A stretch of DNA of 64,000 bases from Eubacteriales bacterium (GCA_045653035.1 JAZOLO010000006.1:21066-85065), one strand, 5' to 3'; counted from the stretch's first letter, positions 25,418-34,939 are shown. The notes: generated by a model from the sequence alone, not told the origin. A program made the numbers and translations.

Positions 25418-27559
25418 TTAGTATCCGTAGTAAGCGTCGGCGTTGCCGTAATAGTAGTCATCGGCATTGCCGTAGAAATAGTCGTCAGCGTTACCGTAGA
25501 AGTAATCGTCGGCATCACCGTAGTAGTAATCGTCAAACGCACCGCTGTCCGTAGAAGTGCTAAAGTCATCGTTGAAGCCGTAATCGTAGACGTAATCAGT
25601 ATCTATGCCAATATCGAACATTGAATCAGCACTGCCGTCATATTCGGTCTCGTATCCGTAGTCATAGTCATATCCGTCATCATAGTAATAATCATCTTCG
25701 TAGTAGTAATCGTCCTCATAAGAGCCGAACGCTCCTGACTCGGCTATGAAGGTCACGATATCTATTACTTCTTGGGGAAGTGACTCTGTAAATTTTTCCA
25801 GGTCAAGATTTCCTGCCCAGCTCATGAGTGCCGTTGTGTCATCAGCTTCAACTGTCTTTTCGGGAACCTTTATTTTTCCTGCATCAGAGATACCGCACTT
25901 TGTTTCAAGCCCTATAATTGAATTTTTGTCCGATTTGAAATCAATAGAGAAAGCACCTTTGTCCTCGGTTTTTTCCATTGATACTTCAAGTGAAAGCTTT
26001 GTAAGGTCTATGTCAAGCTCTTCGAGAATACTGTCAGCAAAATACTCTGAAGCCAGTGACTGAACAGCCTTTGAGGGCTTTATAACAATTGTTCCGTTAA
26101 AGGGATTTTCTGTATCAAAATCAACGAGTTCAATTTTCGCAACGTCAAAGGACATAGCCTCAAGAGTAGCCTCGCCGTTGAAGATACCCTTCTTAAGCGT
26201 TCCCTCGCCGAGAATAGTTACGTTGGAGCCTTCAGCCTCAACGTCAAGCTCGAAGGCTGCTTTCTTGCCCTTTGTTATGTAGAAAAGAGAGATGGTGCTG
26301 TCCTGATACTCTATCTCACGTCCGAGAATCTCACCCTTTGCATTAACGTACGTCTTTATAACGATTTCACCAAAGCCCTCGAACGAGCCTTTTATTACGT
26401 CCTTTGCATTGTCGAAAAGGGGAACGTCCTTAAGATATTTCTTAAAATCACCCTTTTCAGCTTCACCTGTGGCTACCATAAGAGCGTCAACAATATCGTG
26501 AAGCTCCTTGTCGTCCTCAAACTCGCGTATAACGGCAAGAGTGATGCTTTCAAGGGTCTTTTCATCAATTTCCGCTTTGAGACAGGTAGCGTTTACTTCA
26601 ATTTCACCAACCGATATTTTATCGCTGTATTTATCAACGCTGTCGATTTCTGCAAGTATTGCCTCGGCGTATCTTGCAATTATTTTCTCTGCAGTTTCGC
26701 CATCGGGGAGAGCGTCGATAAGCTTAAGACTCTGATTTAATGCTTCTTCATATTCGGGAGAGGAATAAATGTCCTTCATTGTGTCAAAGCCGAGAAGCTT
26801 CGGGATATCCATCTTTATTGCAGTATCCGAAAGCTCGGGAAGCTCTGCATAAACTTCCGCATCTTCTGTTGCCGTGATAAGTGCGGAGATAATCTTATTA
26901 TCCGAAAGACTGATGTCTGCACCAAGAGAAGCAAGTCCGTCTTTTTCTGCCATATCAATATTGATGCCCACTTTACCCAATATGTCAAGGTCCATATTTG
27001 ACGCAGAGTTCAAAAGCTCTATTACGGGATTTCCTAAAGTGAGAGAAAGACCCAACGAAACCTTCTTGCCGTCAAGCTCACTCTTTACAGCCTTGCCCTC
27101 ATTGATGGCATCAAGGTTATCTTCAGCAGTCTTTCCGCTCTTCTTTATCTCGTCGAAAAGTCCTGCAACAGCAGAGCCCATTTCGGTAATGCTTCTTTCC
27201 TCAACGTTCTGATAATACTTTTCGGGTGACGAGAAGGTCTTTTCTACAAAGTTTTTAACGTAAGGGAAGGAGGCAAAAACGGTCGCACCGAGAACAGCTA
27301 CTATTGCCACAGCGGCGATAACAATCTTCCCGAGCTTCTTCTTTTTCTTAGGAGCTTCTGCAACAGGCTCAGGCACTTCCTCTACTGGCATCTCTTCTGC
27401 CTGTTCTTCTACGGCTTCGGGGATAAGCTCCGCCGTTTCTTTTGCTTCTTCTGTAACCGCTTCTTTGGTTACTTCTGTATTTTCTTCGAGTTTTGCACCG
27501 CAAGTGTCACAGAATTTTGTGCCCTCGGGAAATTGTTTTTCACAGTTTTTACAAAACAT
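25418..27559 (-). CDS. Zinc-ribbon/TM protein with a large extracytoplasmic domain and a Tyr/Asp-rich C-terminal repeat tail
   Basis: N-terminal CKNC...CDTC zinc ribbon, acidic linker, one TM segment (IVIAAVAIVAVLGATVFASF), about 500 aa of unrecognised domain, and a 105-aa tail. Confidence 0.7.
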   Translation of the reverse strand: MFCKNCEKQFPEGTKFCDTCGAKLEENTEVTKEAVTEEAKETAELIPEAVEEQAEEMPVEEVPEPVAEAPKKKKKLGKIVIAAVAIVAVLGATVFASFPYVKNFVEKTFSSPEKYYQNVEERSITEMGSAVAGLFDEIKKSGKTAEDNLDAINEGKAVKSELDGKKVSLGLSLTLGNPVIELLNSASNMDLDILGKVGINIDMAEKDGLASLGADISLSDNKIISALITATEDAEVYAELPELSDTAIKMDIPKLLGFDTMKDIYSSPEYEEALNQSLKLIDALPDGETAEKIIARYAEAILAEIDSVDKYSDKISVGEIEVNATCLKAEIDEKTLESITLAVIREFEDDKELHDIVDALMVATGEAEKGDFKKYLKDVPLFDNAKDVIKGSFEGFGEIVIKTYVNAKGEILGREIEYQDSTISLFYITKGKKAAFELDVEAEGSNVTILGEGTLKKGIFNGEATLEAMSFDVAKIELVDFDTENPFNGTIVIKPSKAVQSLASEYFADSILEELDIDLTKLSLEVSMEKTEDKGAFSIDFKSDKNSIIGLETKCGISDAGKIKVPEKTVEADDTTALMSWAGNLDLEKFTESLPQEVIDIVTFIAESGAFGSYEDDYYYEDDYYYDDGYDYDYGYETEYDGSADSMFDIGIDTDYVYDYGFNDDFSTSTDSGAFDDYYYGDADDYFYGNADDYFYGNADDYYYGNADAYYGY
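25421..25545 (-). repeat. Tandem 24-nt coding repeats (DDY[FY]YG[ND]A units)
   Basis: Protein tail ...DDYYYGDADDYFYGNADDYFYGNADDYYYGNADAYYGY. The DNA shows the corresponding near-identical 24-nt units. Confidence 0.8.
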
Positions 27560-27700
27560 GATAAATCCTCCTTGAAGTATTAGTACAAAATAATTCTATC
27601 ACAAAATAATTCAAATGTCTATAAAAAACAAAAAAATATTGAAAAGGCAAAAATATTGTTGTATACTCTATTTATTAAGAAACAAAAAGGAAAAAGAAAT

Positions 27701-28450
27701 ATGAAAAATATAAATCACGAAATAGAAAAAAGATGTGAATATATACGCCGTCTTGTAGAAGAAGCCCATGCAAAGGGAGTAATCTTCGGCAACAGCGGAG
27801 GAAAAGACAGTGCCCTTGTGGGAATACTCGCAAGGAAAGCTCTCGGTGACGATTTTCGTGTGCTTGGTCTCATAATGCCCTGCGAGTCGAAGATAAACTT
27901 TACTACCGATAAGGATGATGCGGATGCCCTTGCCGAAAAATTCGGTATAGAAAAAAGAGTAATTGACTTAACCGACGCTAAAAAAGAGATAGTTAAGAGA
28001 ACTGAAAAAGAGTCAGCTCTCAACTCTGTAGCTCTCAACAATATTGCCCCCAGACTGCGAATGACAACACTTTATACGGTAGGCACTGCGGAAAATCTTC
28101 TGGTTGCAGGAACTGGCAACAGATGCGAAAGGTATATGGGATATTTTACAAAATGGGGAGACGGGGCCTTTGATTTCAATCCTATAGCCGACCTGTTTGT
28201 CAGCGAGGTTTACGAAATGCTTGAAGCACTTGGCTGTCCAGAGCACATAATAAAGAAAGCACCCTCCGCAGGACTTTTCGAGGGACAGACCGACGAAAAG
28301 GAAATGGGAGTCACCTACTCCGAGGTGGAGAGCTTTATAAAGGGCGAAAAAATATCCGAAAAATCAGAGAAAATAATAAAAGCCTATCACAGCCGTTCGA
28401 TGCATAAAAGACGTGGTTTTGAGCTTTATGAAAATAAAGAAAAAGACTGA
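27701..28450 (+). CDS. nadE: NAD+ synthetase (ammonia-dependent type)
   Basis: PP-loop SGGKDSALV. About 250 aa. Start at ATG 27701 (MKNINHEIEKR). Confidence 0.85.
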   Translation: MKNINHEIEKRCEYIRRLVEEAHAKGVIFGNSGGKDSALVGILARKALGDDFRVLGLIMPCESKINFTTDKDDADALAEKFGIEKRVIDLTDAKKEIVKRTEKESALNSVALNNIAPRLRMTTLYTVGTAENLLVAGTGNRCERYMGYFTKWGDGAFDFNPIADLFVSEVYEMLEALGCPEHIIKKAPSAGLFEGQTDEKEMGVTYSEVESFIKGEKISEKSEKIIKAYHSRSMHKRRGFELYENKEKD

Positions 28451-28566
28451 CTTACACTCTTTTTTGGAGCTTTTGCTGATATTTTCTCACGTTTTTAAAG
28501 ATACTTTAAAAAACTCTTGTTTGTCACTTTAACGTCACCCGTTTTTTCAGAATAAACTGAAACGAG

Positions 28567-29238
28567 GTGAAAAAGGTGATAAATTGGAGAAGAAAAACGG
28601 TGATATTTTTTATAACCATTTTTCTTGTGTCGACCGTTTTCTTGTGGTGGATAGCAAGAATTGAGCCTGCGGTGCTTTCCTTTGCCGAGGAGAATTTTAA
28701 AAACCGCACGGCAAAGGCGGTGTCCTTGTCGGTGTCGGAGGTAATGACTGAGGAAAATATTGACTACTCGGCACTTGTCTCTCTTGATACGGATACAGAG
28801 GGCAACGTTACGAGACTTTCTGCAAACACCCCTGAAATAAATATTTTAAAAAGCAAGGTATCGCTCAGAATTCTCGAAAAGCTTAACAGCGATGTGAAAA
28901 GAGAGAGTGTACCCCTTGGAAATCTTACGGGAATACTGCTCTTTTCGGGCAAAGGTCCTTCCTTTGACGTAAGGCTTGTGGGTGTCGAAAGCCTTCTTGT
29001 TGAAACAGACAGCACTTTTTTATCACAAGGAATAAACCAGACAAGGCACACGATAACGTTAAAGCTTAAGCTTAGGATGAGTATTGCGCTTTTTACAAAG
29101 CCGAAAAAGCTTGAAATAGAGGACAGTGTAGTTGTTGCGGACACAGTAATAGTCGGAAAGGTTCCCGACGGCTATACTGCTATAAATAAAGCTGACGGAG
29201 AGCTGATAGGTGACATTGTAGATTTTCGTGCGGAGTAA
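28567..29238 (+). CDS. yunB: Sporulation protein YunB
   Basis: N-terminal TM segment and a YunB-like core (AEENFKNRTAKAVSLSVSEVM...LSANTPEINILKSKV...). GTG start. Confidence 0.7.
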   Translation: MKKVINWRRKTVIFFITIFLVSTVFLWWIARIEPAVLSFAEENFKNRTAKAVSLSVSEVMTEENIDYSALVSLDTDTEGNVTRLSANTPEINILKSKVSLRILEKLNSDVKRESVPLGNLTGILLFSGKGPSFDVRLVGVESLLVETDSTFLSQGINQTRHTITLKLKLRMSIALFTKPKKLEIEDSVVVADTVIVGKVPDGYTAINKADGELIGDIVDFRAE

Positions 29239-29316
29239 TTTTTTTAAAAAAGACTTTTCAAAACCAATTATTTATGTTATGATTATATTAGCTTTAAAAA
29301 GAGAGGAAGTTAAACC

Positions 29317-30891
29317 ATGAAAAGCAGAATTATTTGTCTTTGTCTTTGCGTAGTTGCGGTAGCAGCTACTGTGCTCATGACAGTAAATCTTATAAACTCC
29401 GAATATCGCACACCCCCCGTTATCTCTCACAATAAAGGTGAAGAAGCGAATAAGGATAAGACCGATGGCGTAAGCGCTAATATTGAAATGAACAGCAATT
29501 CAATTTCCTCTTTTGCAGACAAGGTAGAAAAGTTTGTTGACCGCCTTGCTTACGGAACGGATAAAGAATATGCCGAAGAGCTTTCATATATTATAGAAAA
29601 CCTTGATGCCGTATCCCAATACCTTGCAGACGGAGACAGTGCAGGGGCTAAGTATCTTTCGGAATTATCTCTTGCCTTCAAGAGTGCAAGGGAAGGCTTC
29701 GTAAGCGATATTGATTTTTCAAGCAGAGTATCACGACACCTTTCAGCACTTGACACGGCAAAGGAAAAGCTTACAAAGAATGAAAGCTTCTATCCTGTAA
29801 TTGATACCGAGGCAGGCGGTGCTATGACACTTGCACTCCTTTCAATGTATGAGAAAACACTCTCCGCCGATGCCGAAACCTTCACTGTAACAGTTGGCGG
29901 TGGCGCTATGATGGGAGACAGACTCGGTACTTCCGCCGAGCTTAAATTCTCCGAACAGCTTTCAAAGTATAATTATCTCTATCCCTTCCATAAGATATCA
30001 CCATTCACAATGAATGACGATTTAACCTTTATAAGTCTTGAAGCACCCCTTACCACAGCAACCGAGTCCGAATCCTTTAACCCGGCAAAGGGCTCACCCG
30101 ACTATGCAAAGAGACTTGCGGGTATAGATGCCGTATCCCTTGCTTCCTCTGCAATTATGGACTACGGCGAAGCAGGCTTTAACGATACGGTTAAAGCACT
30201 TCACGACAACGGAATCTCCTATTCAGTTCAGGAGGGGGCACAGTCGATTTCGAGCGACTTTGGAAAAGTTGTTTATATTACCTTTGACCTCACCGAAACA
30301 CCCGTTACTGACGAGCAGGCTTTGAGAAACAAGGAGATTATAAAGAAAGCTGTTGAAACCGAGCGTTCAAACGGTGCAAGTCTCATAGTTGTACTCCTTC
30401 ATTGGAATACAAGACAAAGAAAGTCAGATGCACTTTCCGCTGATTATCTTGGAACGGCGGTGAGCGTTTACGAGCCTCACTTCGATGCATACAACAAGGA
30501 AATAGCAAGAGCCGCTATCGGCAACGGCACAAACGGCGCCGACCTTGTAGTGGGATACGGCTCAAGAGTAGCACAGGGTATTGAGTCCTACAATAATAAA
30601 TTCATCGTCTACGAAACAGGAGACCTTACATACAGCGGAAGCCTTGACAGCGAAAAGAAAAATACGCAGTATTCCTTCCTTTTCCGTCAGACCTTTGCAA
30701 AGACGGAAAACGGCGTAAAATCTCTTTCATACCGCATAATTCCTATTGTAAATACATCTGAGGACGAGCTTTATTTGCCTACTCCCGTATTTGATGAAAG
30801 AGCTGATACTGTGATAAAAAATCTCGTTTATGAATCACGCTACTTCGGTAACGCTATAACAAGCTTCAACTACATCAAAATTACAAAGTAA
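29317..30891 (+). CDS. CapA-family (PGA_cap metallophosphatase-like) protein with an N-terminal anchor
   Basis: TVGGGAMMGDRLG, VVLLHWNT and GADLVVGYGSRVAQGIE...YETGDL resemble CapA blocks. Confidence 0.7.
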   Translation: MKSRIICLCLCVVAVAATVLMTVNLINSEYRTPPVISHNKGEEANKDKTDGVSANIEMNSNSISSFADKVEKFVDRLAYGTDKEYAEELSYIIENLDAVSQYLADGDSAGAKYLSELSLAFKSAREGFVSDIDFSSRVSRHLSALDTAKEKLTKNESFYPVIDTEAGGAMTLALLSMYEKTLSADAETFTVTVGGGAMMGDRLGTSAELKFSEQLSKYNYLYPFHKISPFTMNDDLTFISLEAPLTTATESESFNPAKGSPDYAKRLAGIDAVSLASSAIMDYGEAGFNDTVKALHDNGISYSVQEGAQSISSDFGKVVYITFDLTETPVTDEQALRNKEIIKKAVETERSNGASLIVVLLHWNTRQRKSDALSADYLGTAVSVYEPHFDAYNKEIARAAIGNGTNGADLVVGYGSRVAQGIESYNNKFIVYETGDLTYSGSLDSEKKNTQYSFLFRQTFAKTENGVKSLSYRIIPIVNTSEDELYLPTPVFDERADTVIKNLVYESRYFGNAITSFNYIKITK

Positions 30892-30898
30892 AAGAAAA

Positions 30899-30924
30899 AA
30901 GAGTTCGGATTTCTCCGAACTCTT
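30899..30924. terminator. Bidirectional terminator
   Basis: AAGAGTTCGGA-TTTC-TCCGAACTCTT with flanking A-runs and T-runs. A second perfect hairpin, TAATGGAGGG-CAT-CCCTCCATTA, lies at 30937-30959. Confidence 0.7.
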
Positions 30925-30961
30925 TTCAGTCTGTCGTAATGGAGGGCATCCCTCCATTAAA

Positions 30962-31210
30962 TTATTTCATCATATTACGAACGTCGTCGGCGGCATTGCC
31001 GATTGCGTTTTTAACGTTGTTTTTTGCCTTGTCGTAGGAGTTCATTATTCTGTCGCGGGTTTCTTTTGTAACGTTTCTGTCGTTGTTACGGTCATCGGCG
31101 TTGCCGTTATAATAACCGTAAGTGCCGTTGTCAGCGTTATAACTGCGGCAAGACACAAGGGACATCGACAAGGTGGAAAGAATTGCAAGTCCTATGAGTA
31201 TCTTTTTCAT
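30962..31210 (-). CDS. Small lipoprotein, unknown function
   Basis: Start at ATG 31210 after GGAGAAAAAC. Lipobox SLVSC. Contains YGYYNGNADD. Confidence 0.65.
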   Translation of the reverse strand: MKKILIGLAILSTLSMSLVSCRSYNADNGTYGYYNGNADDRNNDRNVTKETRDRIMNSYDKAKNNVKNAIGNAADDVRNMMK

Positions 31211-31343
31211 GTTTTTCTCCAAAAATATTTTTACGAGAGAAACAAATCTCTCGAAAACAGTATCCCCAAACAATAAAAAAATAAAATGACAAATTTTTAT
31301 TAAATAGCATTTTTTTGTCAATAATACTCCGAAAGGAGTATTT

Positions 31344-31916
31344 ATGAAATACGTTTTGATAGTTTTTCTCACTCTTACCCTCTTAATTTTTGCATTTACA
31401 AATGAAGATACGATACCCGATGTTGCACGAATTCACGTTGTTGCAAACTCCGATAGTGCACGAGATATCGAAATAAAAATGGAGGTTGTAAAAGAGATAT
31501 CAAGGCTTATTGGAGAGGAAAGCTTTGACAGTACTGAAAAGATAGGGGAGGGACTTAAAAAAAGGCTTCCCGAAATAGAAAAAACTGCAATGCAAGTCCT
31601 TGAAAAATCATCGGCAGACTATGGTGCCGTGGCAGAGGTTGGAGTGCGATACTTTGACAAAAAATCACTGGGAAACTCATCTTTTCCCAAGGGCGAGTAT
31701 ACCGCACTTATAATTACTCTGGGAAAAGGTGAAGGTCATAACTGGTGGAGTGTCATTTTCCCTGACCTTTCTTTCAAAGCCTCACTTGCTTCAGGAGAGG
31801 AGGGCGGAAAAGGTAAAACCGTGGTTATCGGCGGTGACACTGTGGTGAAGCTCCGATGCTTCTTACTTGAGCTATTGACAAAAGGTAAAAAAAAGAGTAC
31901 AATTACCCGTGTATGA
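31344..31916 (+). CDS. spoIIR: Stage II sporulation protein R
   Basis: RIHVVANSDSARDIEIKMEVV and HNWWSVIFP motifs. Confidence 0.85.
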   Translation: MKYVLIVFLTLTLLIFAFTNEDTIPDVARIHVVANSDSARDIEIKMEVVKEISRLIGEESFDSTEKIGEGLKKRLPEIEKTAMQVLEKSSADYGAVAEVGVRYFDKKSLGNSSFPKGEYTALIITLGKGEGHNWWSVIFPDLSFKASLASGEEGGKGKTVVIGGDTVVKLRCFLLELLTKGKKKSTITRV

Positions 31917-31941
31917 ATTCACGTCACGTTAAGGTAATTTT

Positions 31942-33963
31942 ATGAAAAACAAAATTTTCAATATTGAAAACTTCAAAAAAGTCGGTGCTTTCTTTGTTAA
32001 GCATCCCGTTATATATTGTTTTTTACTCTCACTTCTTGTAAACCTTGCAGTAGAGATGCTCAGCCGTCAGTCATTGATACGCGGACTTTTGCACCCCTTT
32101 CAGTCACCGTCCGTATTTTTCTATAACTCATTTCTTATCTTTGCTGTGTCCCTTGTATCGCTTTTCTTCAAGAGACGTGCCTTTGCACTTACCCTTACAG
32201 TATTCCCATTCCTTGCTCTCGGTATTATAAACTGTGCGGTACTTGCATACAGAGTAAACCCTGTTTCCGCAACCGACTTCGTTAAAATTAAATCTATTTT
32301 CGGGATATTCAACCTTTACCTTGAAGGCTGGGTATTCGTGATGGTTGTTATAGCCGTGCTTCTCATAATCGCAGGATTGGTACTTATTTTCTTTAACTGT
32401 AAAAAACGTCAAAGACTTGTAAAGACGGGCTTTGTGGCAATGTCCTCGGCAGTTGTAGCAGTAGCTCTTTTCCTCAATATTTTTATAGCAAACGGTGCAC
32501 TTTCAAAGAAATTTACAAACCTCAACGATGCATACGAGGATTACGGCTTCGTTTATTGCTTCGCATGCTCGGTTTTTGAAACGGGTATTGCAAAGCCCTC
32601 GGGCTATTCCAGTGAAAAGGTAGTCACTATCCTTGATGAGATAAAGGCAAAGGAAACACTCTCCCCCGACGAAAAGCCAAATATTATCTTTTTACAGCTT
32701 GAATCCTTCTTTGACGTAAATTATATAAATTCTCTTGAATACTCGTCCGACCCCATACCCTTTTTCACCTATCTTAAAGAGAATTACCCTCACGCCTTCC
32801 TTGAAGTGCCCTATATCGGCTCGGGAACGGCAAACGTTGAATTTGAAATTATGACGGGAATGTCCCTTGACTTCTTTGGACCCGGTGAATACCCTTACAA
32901 GACCGTACTCCAGAATACCGCCTGTGAAAGTATTGCCTTCAATCTCCGTGAGCTTGGCTATACGGCACACGCTATCCACAACCACAAGGGCTCGTTCTAC
33001 GACAGAGCACACGTATTTTCAAGTCTCGGCTATGACACCTTCACCTGCCTTGAATTTATGCAGGACGTGGAATATAACGTTATCGGCTGGGCAAAGGACT
33101 CGGTGCTCACAAAAGAAATAATGACGGCGCTTGACTCAACTGATACAGAGGATTTTATCTACGCCATTTCCGTACAGTCCCACGGCGTTTATTCAGAGGA
33201 AAAGCTTGACGGGGTAGACTATAACTTTACTGTAAGCACCCTGAATGAGGAAACTAAGGTAAACGAAACGGCATTTGAATACTATCTGACACAGCTGAAC
33301 GACGTTGACAGCTTCCTTGAAGGTTTGATAGGAGAGCTTGAAAATCGCGGTGAAAAAACGGTAGTGGTTATCTACGGAGACCATCTTCCTTATTTCGGAC
33401 TTGAAAATACCGAGCTTGACAACGGTGACGTTTACGATACAGAATACGTAATATGGTCAAATTACGAGACCACTGCCGAAGCAAAGGACCTTTATTCCTA
33501 TCAGCTCTCATCGCATATACTTGGTGAGCTTGGAATAAACAACGGACTTATAACAAAGCTTCACCAGAACGGTGCCGATAACCCCGACTATTATAAATAC
33601 CTTGAAATGCTCCAGTACGACATGCTCTACGGCGATAAGGAATGCTTTGGCTATGAGATAGGATACCTGCCCTCTGAGCTTTCAATGGGAATTATACCTC
33701 TTACCGTAACGTCTGTTTCAAATACTGAACTTGGCTTTGAGGTGAAGGGTACAGGCTTCACCGAATTCACGAGGGTAACCCTCAACGGAGAAAAGAAGGA
33801 TACGGTATTTATTGATAATACTACTCTTTTCGTGCCCGAGCTTGAGGTTATCTACGGTGATATCGTAACAGTAAAGCAGACCAACGGAAAGAGAACTACC
33901 TTTGCCGAAAGTGAGCCTGTAATTGCAGGGGAGGATATAGAAAAGGACATCTTTGAAGAATAG
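31942..33963 (+). CDS. LTA synthase/sulfatase-family membrane protein
   Basis: 5 N-terminal TM segments plus an extracytoplasmic sulfatase domain (FLQLESFFD, GTANVEFEIMTG, YGDHLP). Confidence 0.8.
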   Translation: MKNKIFNIENFKKVGAFFVKHPVIYCFLLSLLVNLAVEMLSRQSLIRGLLHPFQSPSVFFYNSFLIFAVSLVSLFFKRRAFALTLTVFPFLALGIINCAVLAYRVNPVSATDFVKIKSIFGIFNLYLEGWVFVMVVIAVLLIIAGLVLIFFNCKKRQRLVKTGFVAMSSAVVAVALFLNIFIANGALSKKFTNLNDAYEDYGFVYCFACSVFETGIAKPSGYSSEKVVTILDEIKAKETLSPDEKPNIIFLQLESFFDVNYINSLEYSSDPIPFFTYLKENYPHAFLEVPYIGSGTANVEFEIMTGMSLDFFGPGEYPYKTVLQNTACESIAFNLRELGYTAHAIHNHKGSFYDRAHVFSSLGYDTFTCLEFMQDVEYNVIGWAKDSVLTKEIMTALDSTDTEDFIYAISVQSHGVYSEEKLDGVDYNFTVSTLNEETKVNETAFEYYLTQLNDVDSFLEGLIGELENRGEKTVVVIYGDHLPYFGLENTELDNGDVYDTEYVIWSNYETTAEAKDLYSYQLSSHILGELGINNGLITKLHQNGADNPDYYKYLEMLQYDMLYGDKECFGYEIGYLPSELSMGIIPLTVTSVSNTELGFEVKGTGFTEFTRVTLNGEKKDTVFIDNTTLFVPELEVIYGDIVTVKQTNGKRTTFAESEPVIAGEDIEKDIFEE

Positions 33964-33990
33964 ATACAAAAAAGTTTTCTCAAAAAACTG

Positions 33991-34019
33991 TTGACAAAAG
34001 ATGAAACCTGTGATATACT
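33991..34019 (+). promoter_or_regulatory. Sigma-A promoter of the infC operon
   Basis: TTGACA-17 nt-TATACT. Confidence 0.6.
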
Positions 34020-34024
34020 TCTTG

Positions 34025-34150
34025 AGTACAAAGAAGAAGAACGCTCCGTTCTCACCCTGTCGCAAGATGGCGTACAGCGGTTAATACAGATGACAAGAGG
34101 GTAATACCCCCAAGGTTTGTGTGCGGAGAGTTTTTCTCCGCACATTTTTT
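34025..34150 (+). promoter_or_regulatory. L20 leader (ribosomal-protein autoregulatory attenuator) with terminator
   Basis: A structured leader lies between the promoter and infC, as in Firmicute infC-rpmI-rplT operons. Terminator TGTGCGGAGA-GTTTT-TCTCCGCACA plus T6 (34119-34150). Confidence 0.6.
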
Positions 34151-34164
34151 CGGAGGTGTTTTAG

Positions 34165-34689
34165 ATTAGCACAAAAGAACTTCTTATCAACGAAGAGATA
34201 AGAGCAGAAAAGGTAAGAGTTATAGGAGCAGACGGAAGTCAGCTTGGAATACTAAGCCTTAAGGATGCACTTTCTTCCGCCCGTGATGCAGGACTTGATT
34301 TGGTGGAGATGTCCCCCAACGCAGAGCCTCCTGTATGTAAGATTATGGACTACGGAAAATTCCTTTACGAAAAGACCAAAAAGGAAAAGGAGTCCAAGAA
34401 AAAGCGTACAACGGTAGAGCTTAAGGAAATAAAGTTCTCCTGTCGCATTGACAAGCACGATTTTGACACGAAGCTTAACCATGCAAAGAGATTTCTTGGT
34501 GACGGCAATAAGGTTAAGATTACAATCGTATTCTCAGGTAGAGAAATGAATCACACCGACAGAGGATACGACCTCATGGCAAATATCAAAGAGGAGCTTG
34601 CAGGCATAGGTGGAGCAGATAAGGCACCGTCACTTGACGGACGTTACATGACGCTGGTTATTTCACCGAGAAAAGACGAAACAAAATAA
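34165..34689 (+). CDS. infC: Translation initiation factor IF-3 (ATT start codon)
   Basis: The frame continues upstream of the listed ATG: ISTKELLINEEIRAEKVRVIGADGSQLGI.... ATT at 34165 lies directly after an in-frame TAG and 6 nt after GGAGGTG. Confidence 0.85.
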   Translation: MSTKELLINEEIRAEKVRVIGADGSQLGILSLKDALSSARDAGLDLVEMSPNAEPPVCKIMDYGKFLYEKTKKEKESKKKRTTVELKEIKFSCRIDKHDFDTKLNHAKRFLGDGNKVKITIVFSGREMNHTDRGYDLMANIKEELAGIGGADKAPSLDGRYMTLVISPRKDETK

Positions 34690-34707
34690 ATTTAAGGAGA
34701 TATAATT

Positions 34708-34905
34708 ATGGGAAAAATCAAGAGCCATAAGGCATCAGCAAAGAGATTCACTCTCACAAAGAGTGGTAAGATGAAGATGAACCACATGGGACGCAGACAT
34801 AATACAGGTAACAAGCCCTCAAAGCGTCTCAGAAGCCTTCGCAAGGCAGGATACATGAGCGAGTCAACTGCTCGTAACATCAAGACTATCCTTCCATACG
34901 CATAA
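34708..34905 (+). CDS. rpmI: 50S ribosomal protein L35
   Basis: MGKIKSHKASAKRF... Confidence 0.95.
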   Translation: MGKIKSHKASAKRFTLTKSGKMKMNHMGRRHNTGNKPSKRLRSLRKAGYMSESTARNIKTILPYA

Positions 34906-34939
34906 GCATTAAAAAAGGATTATTTAGGAGGAAATTGAA

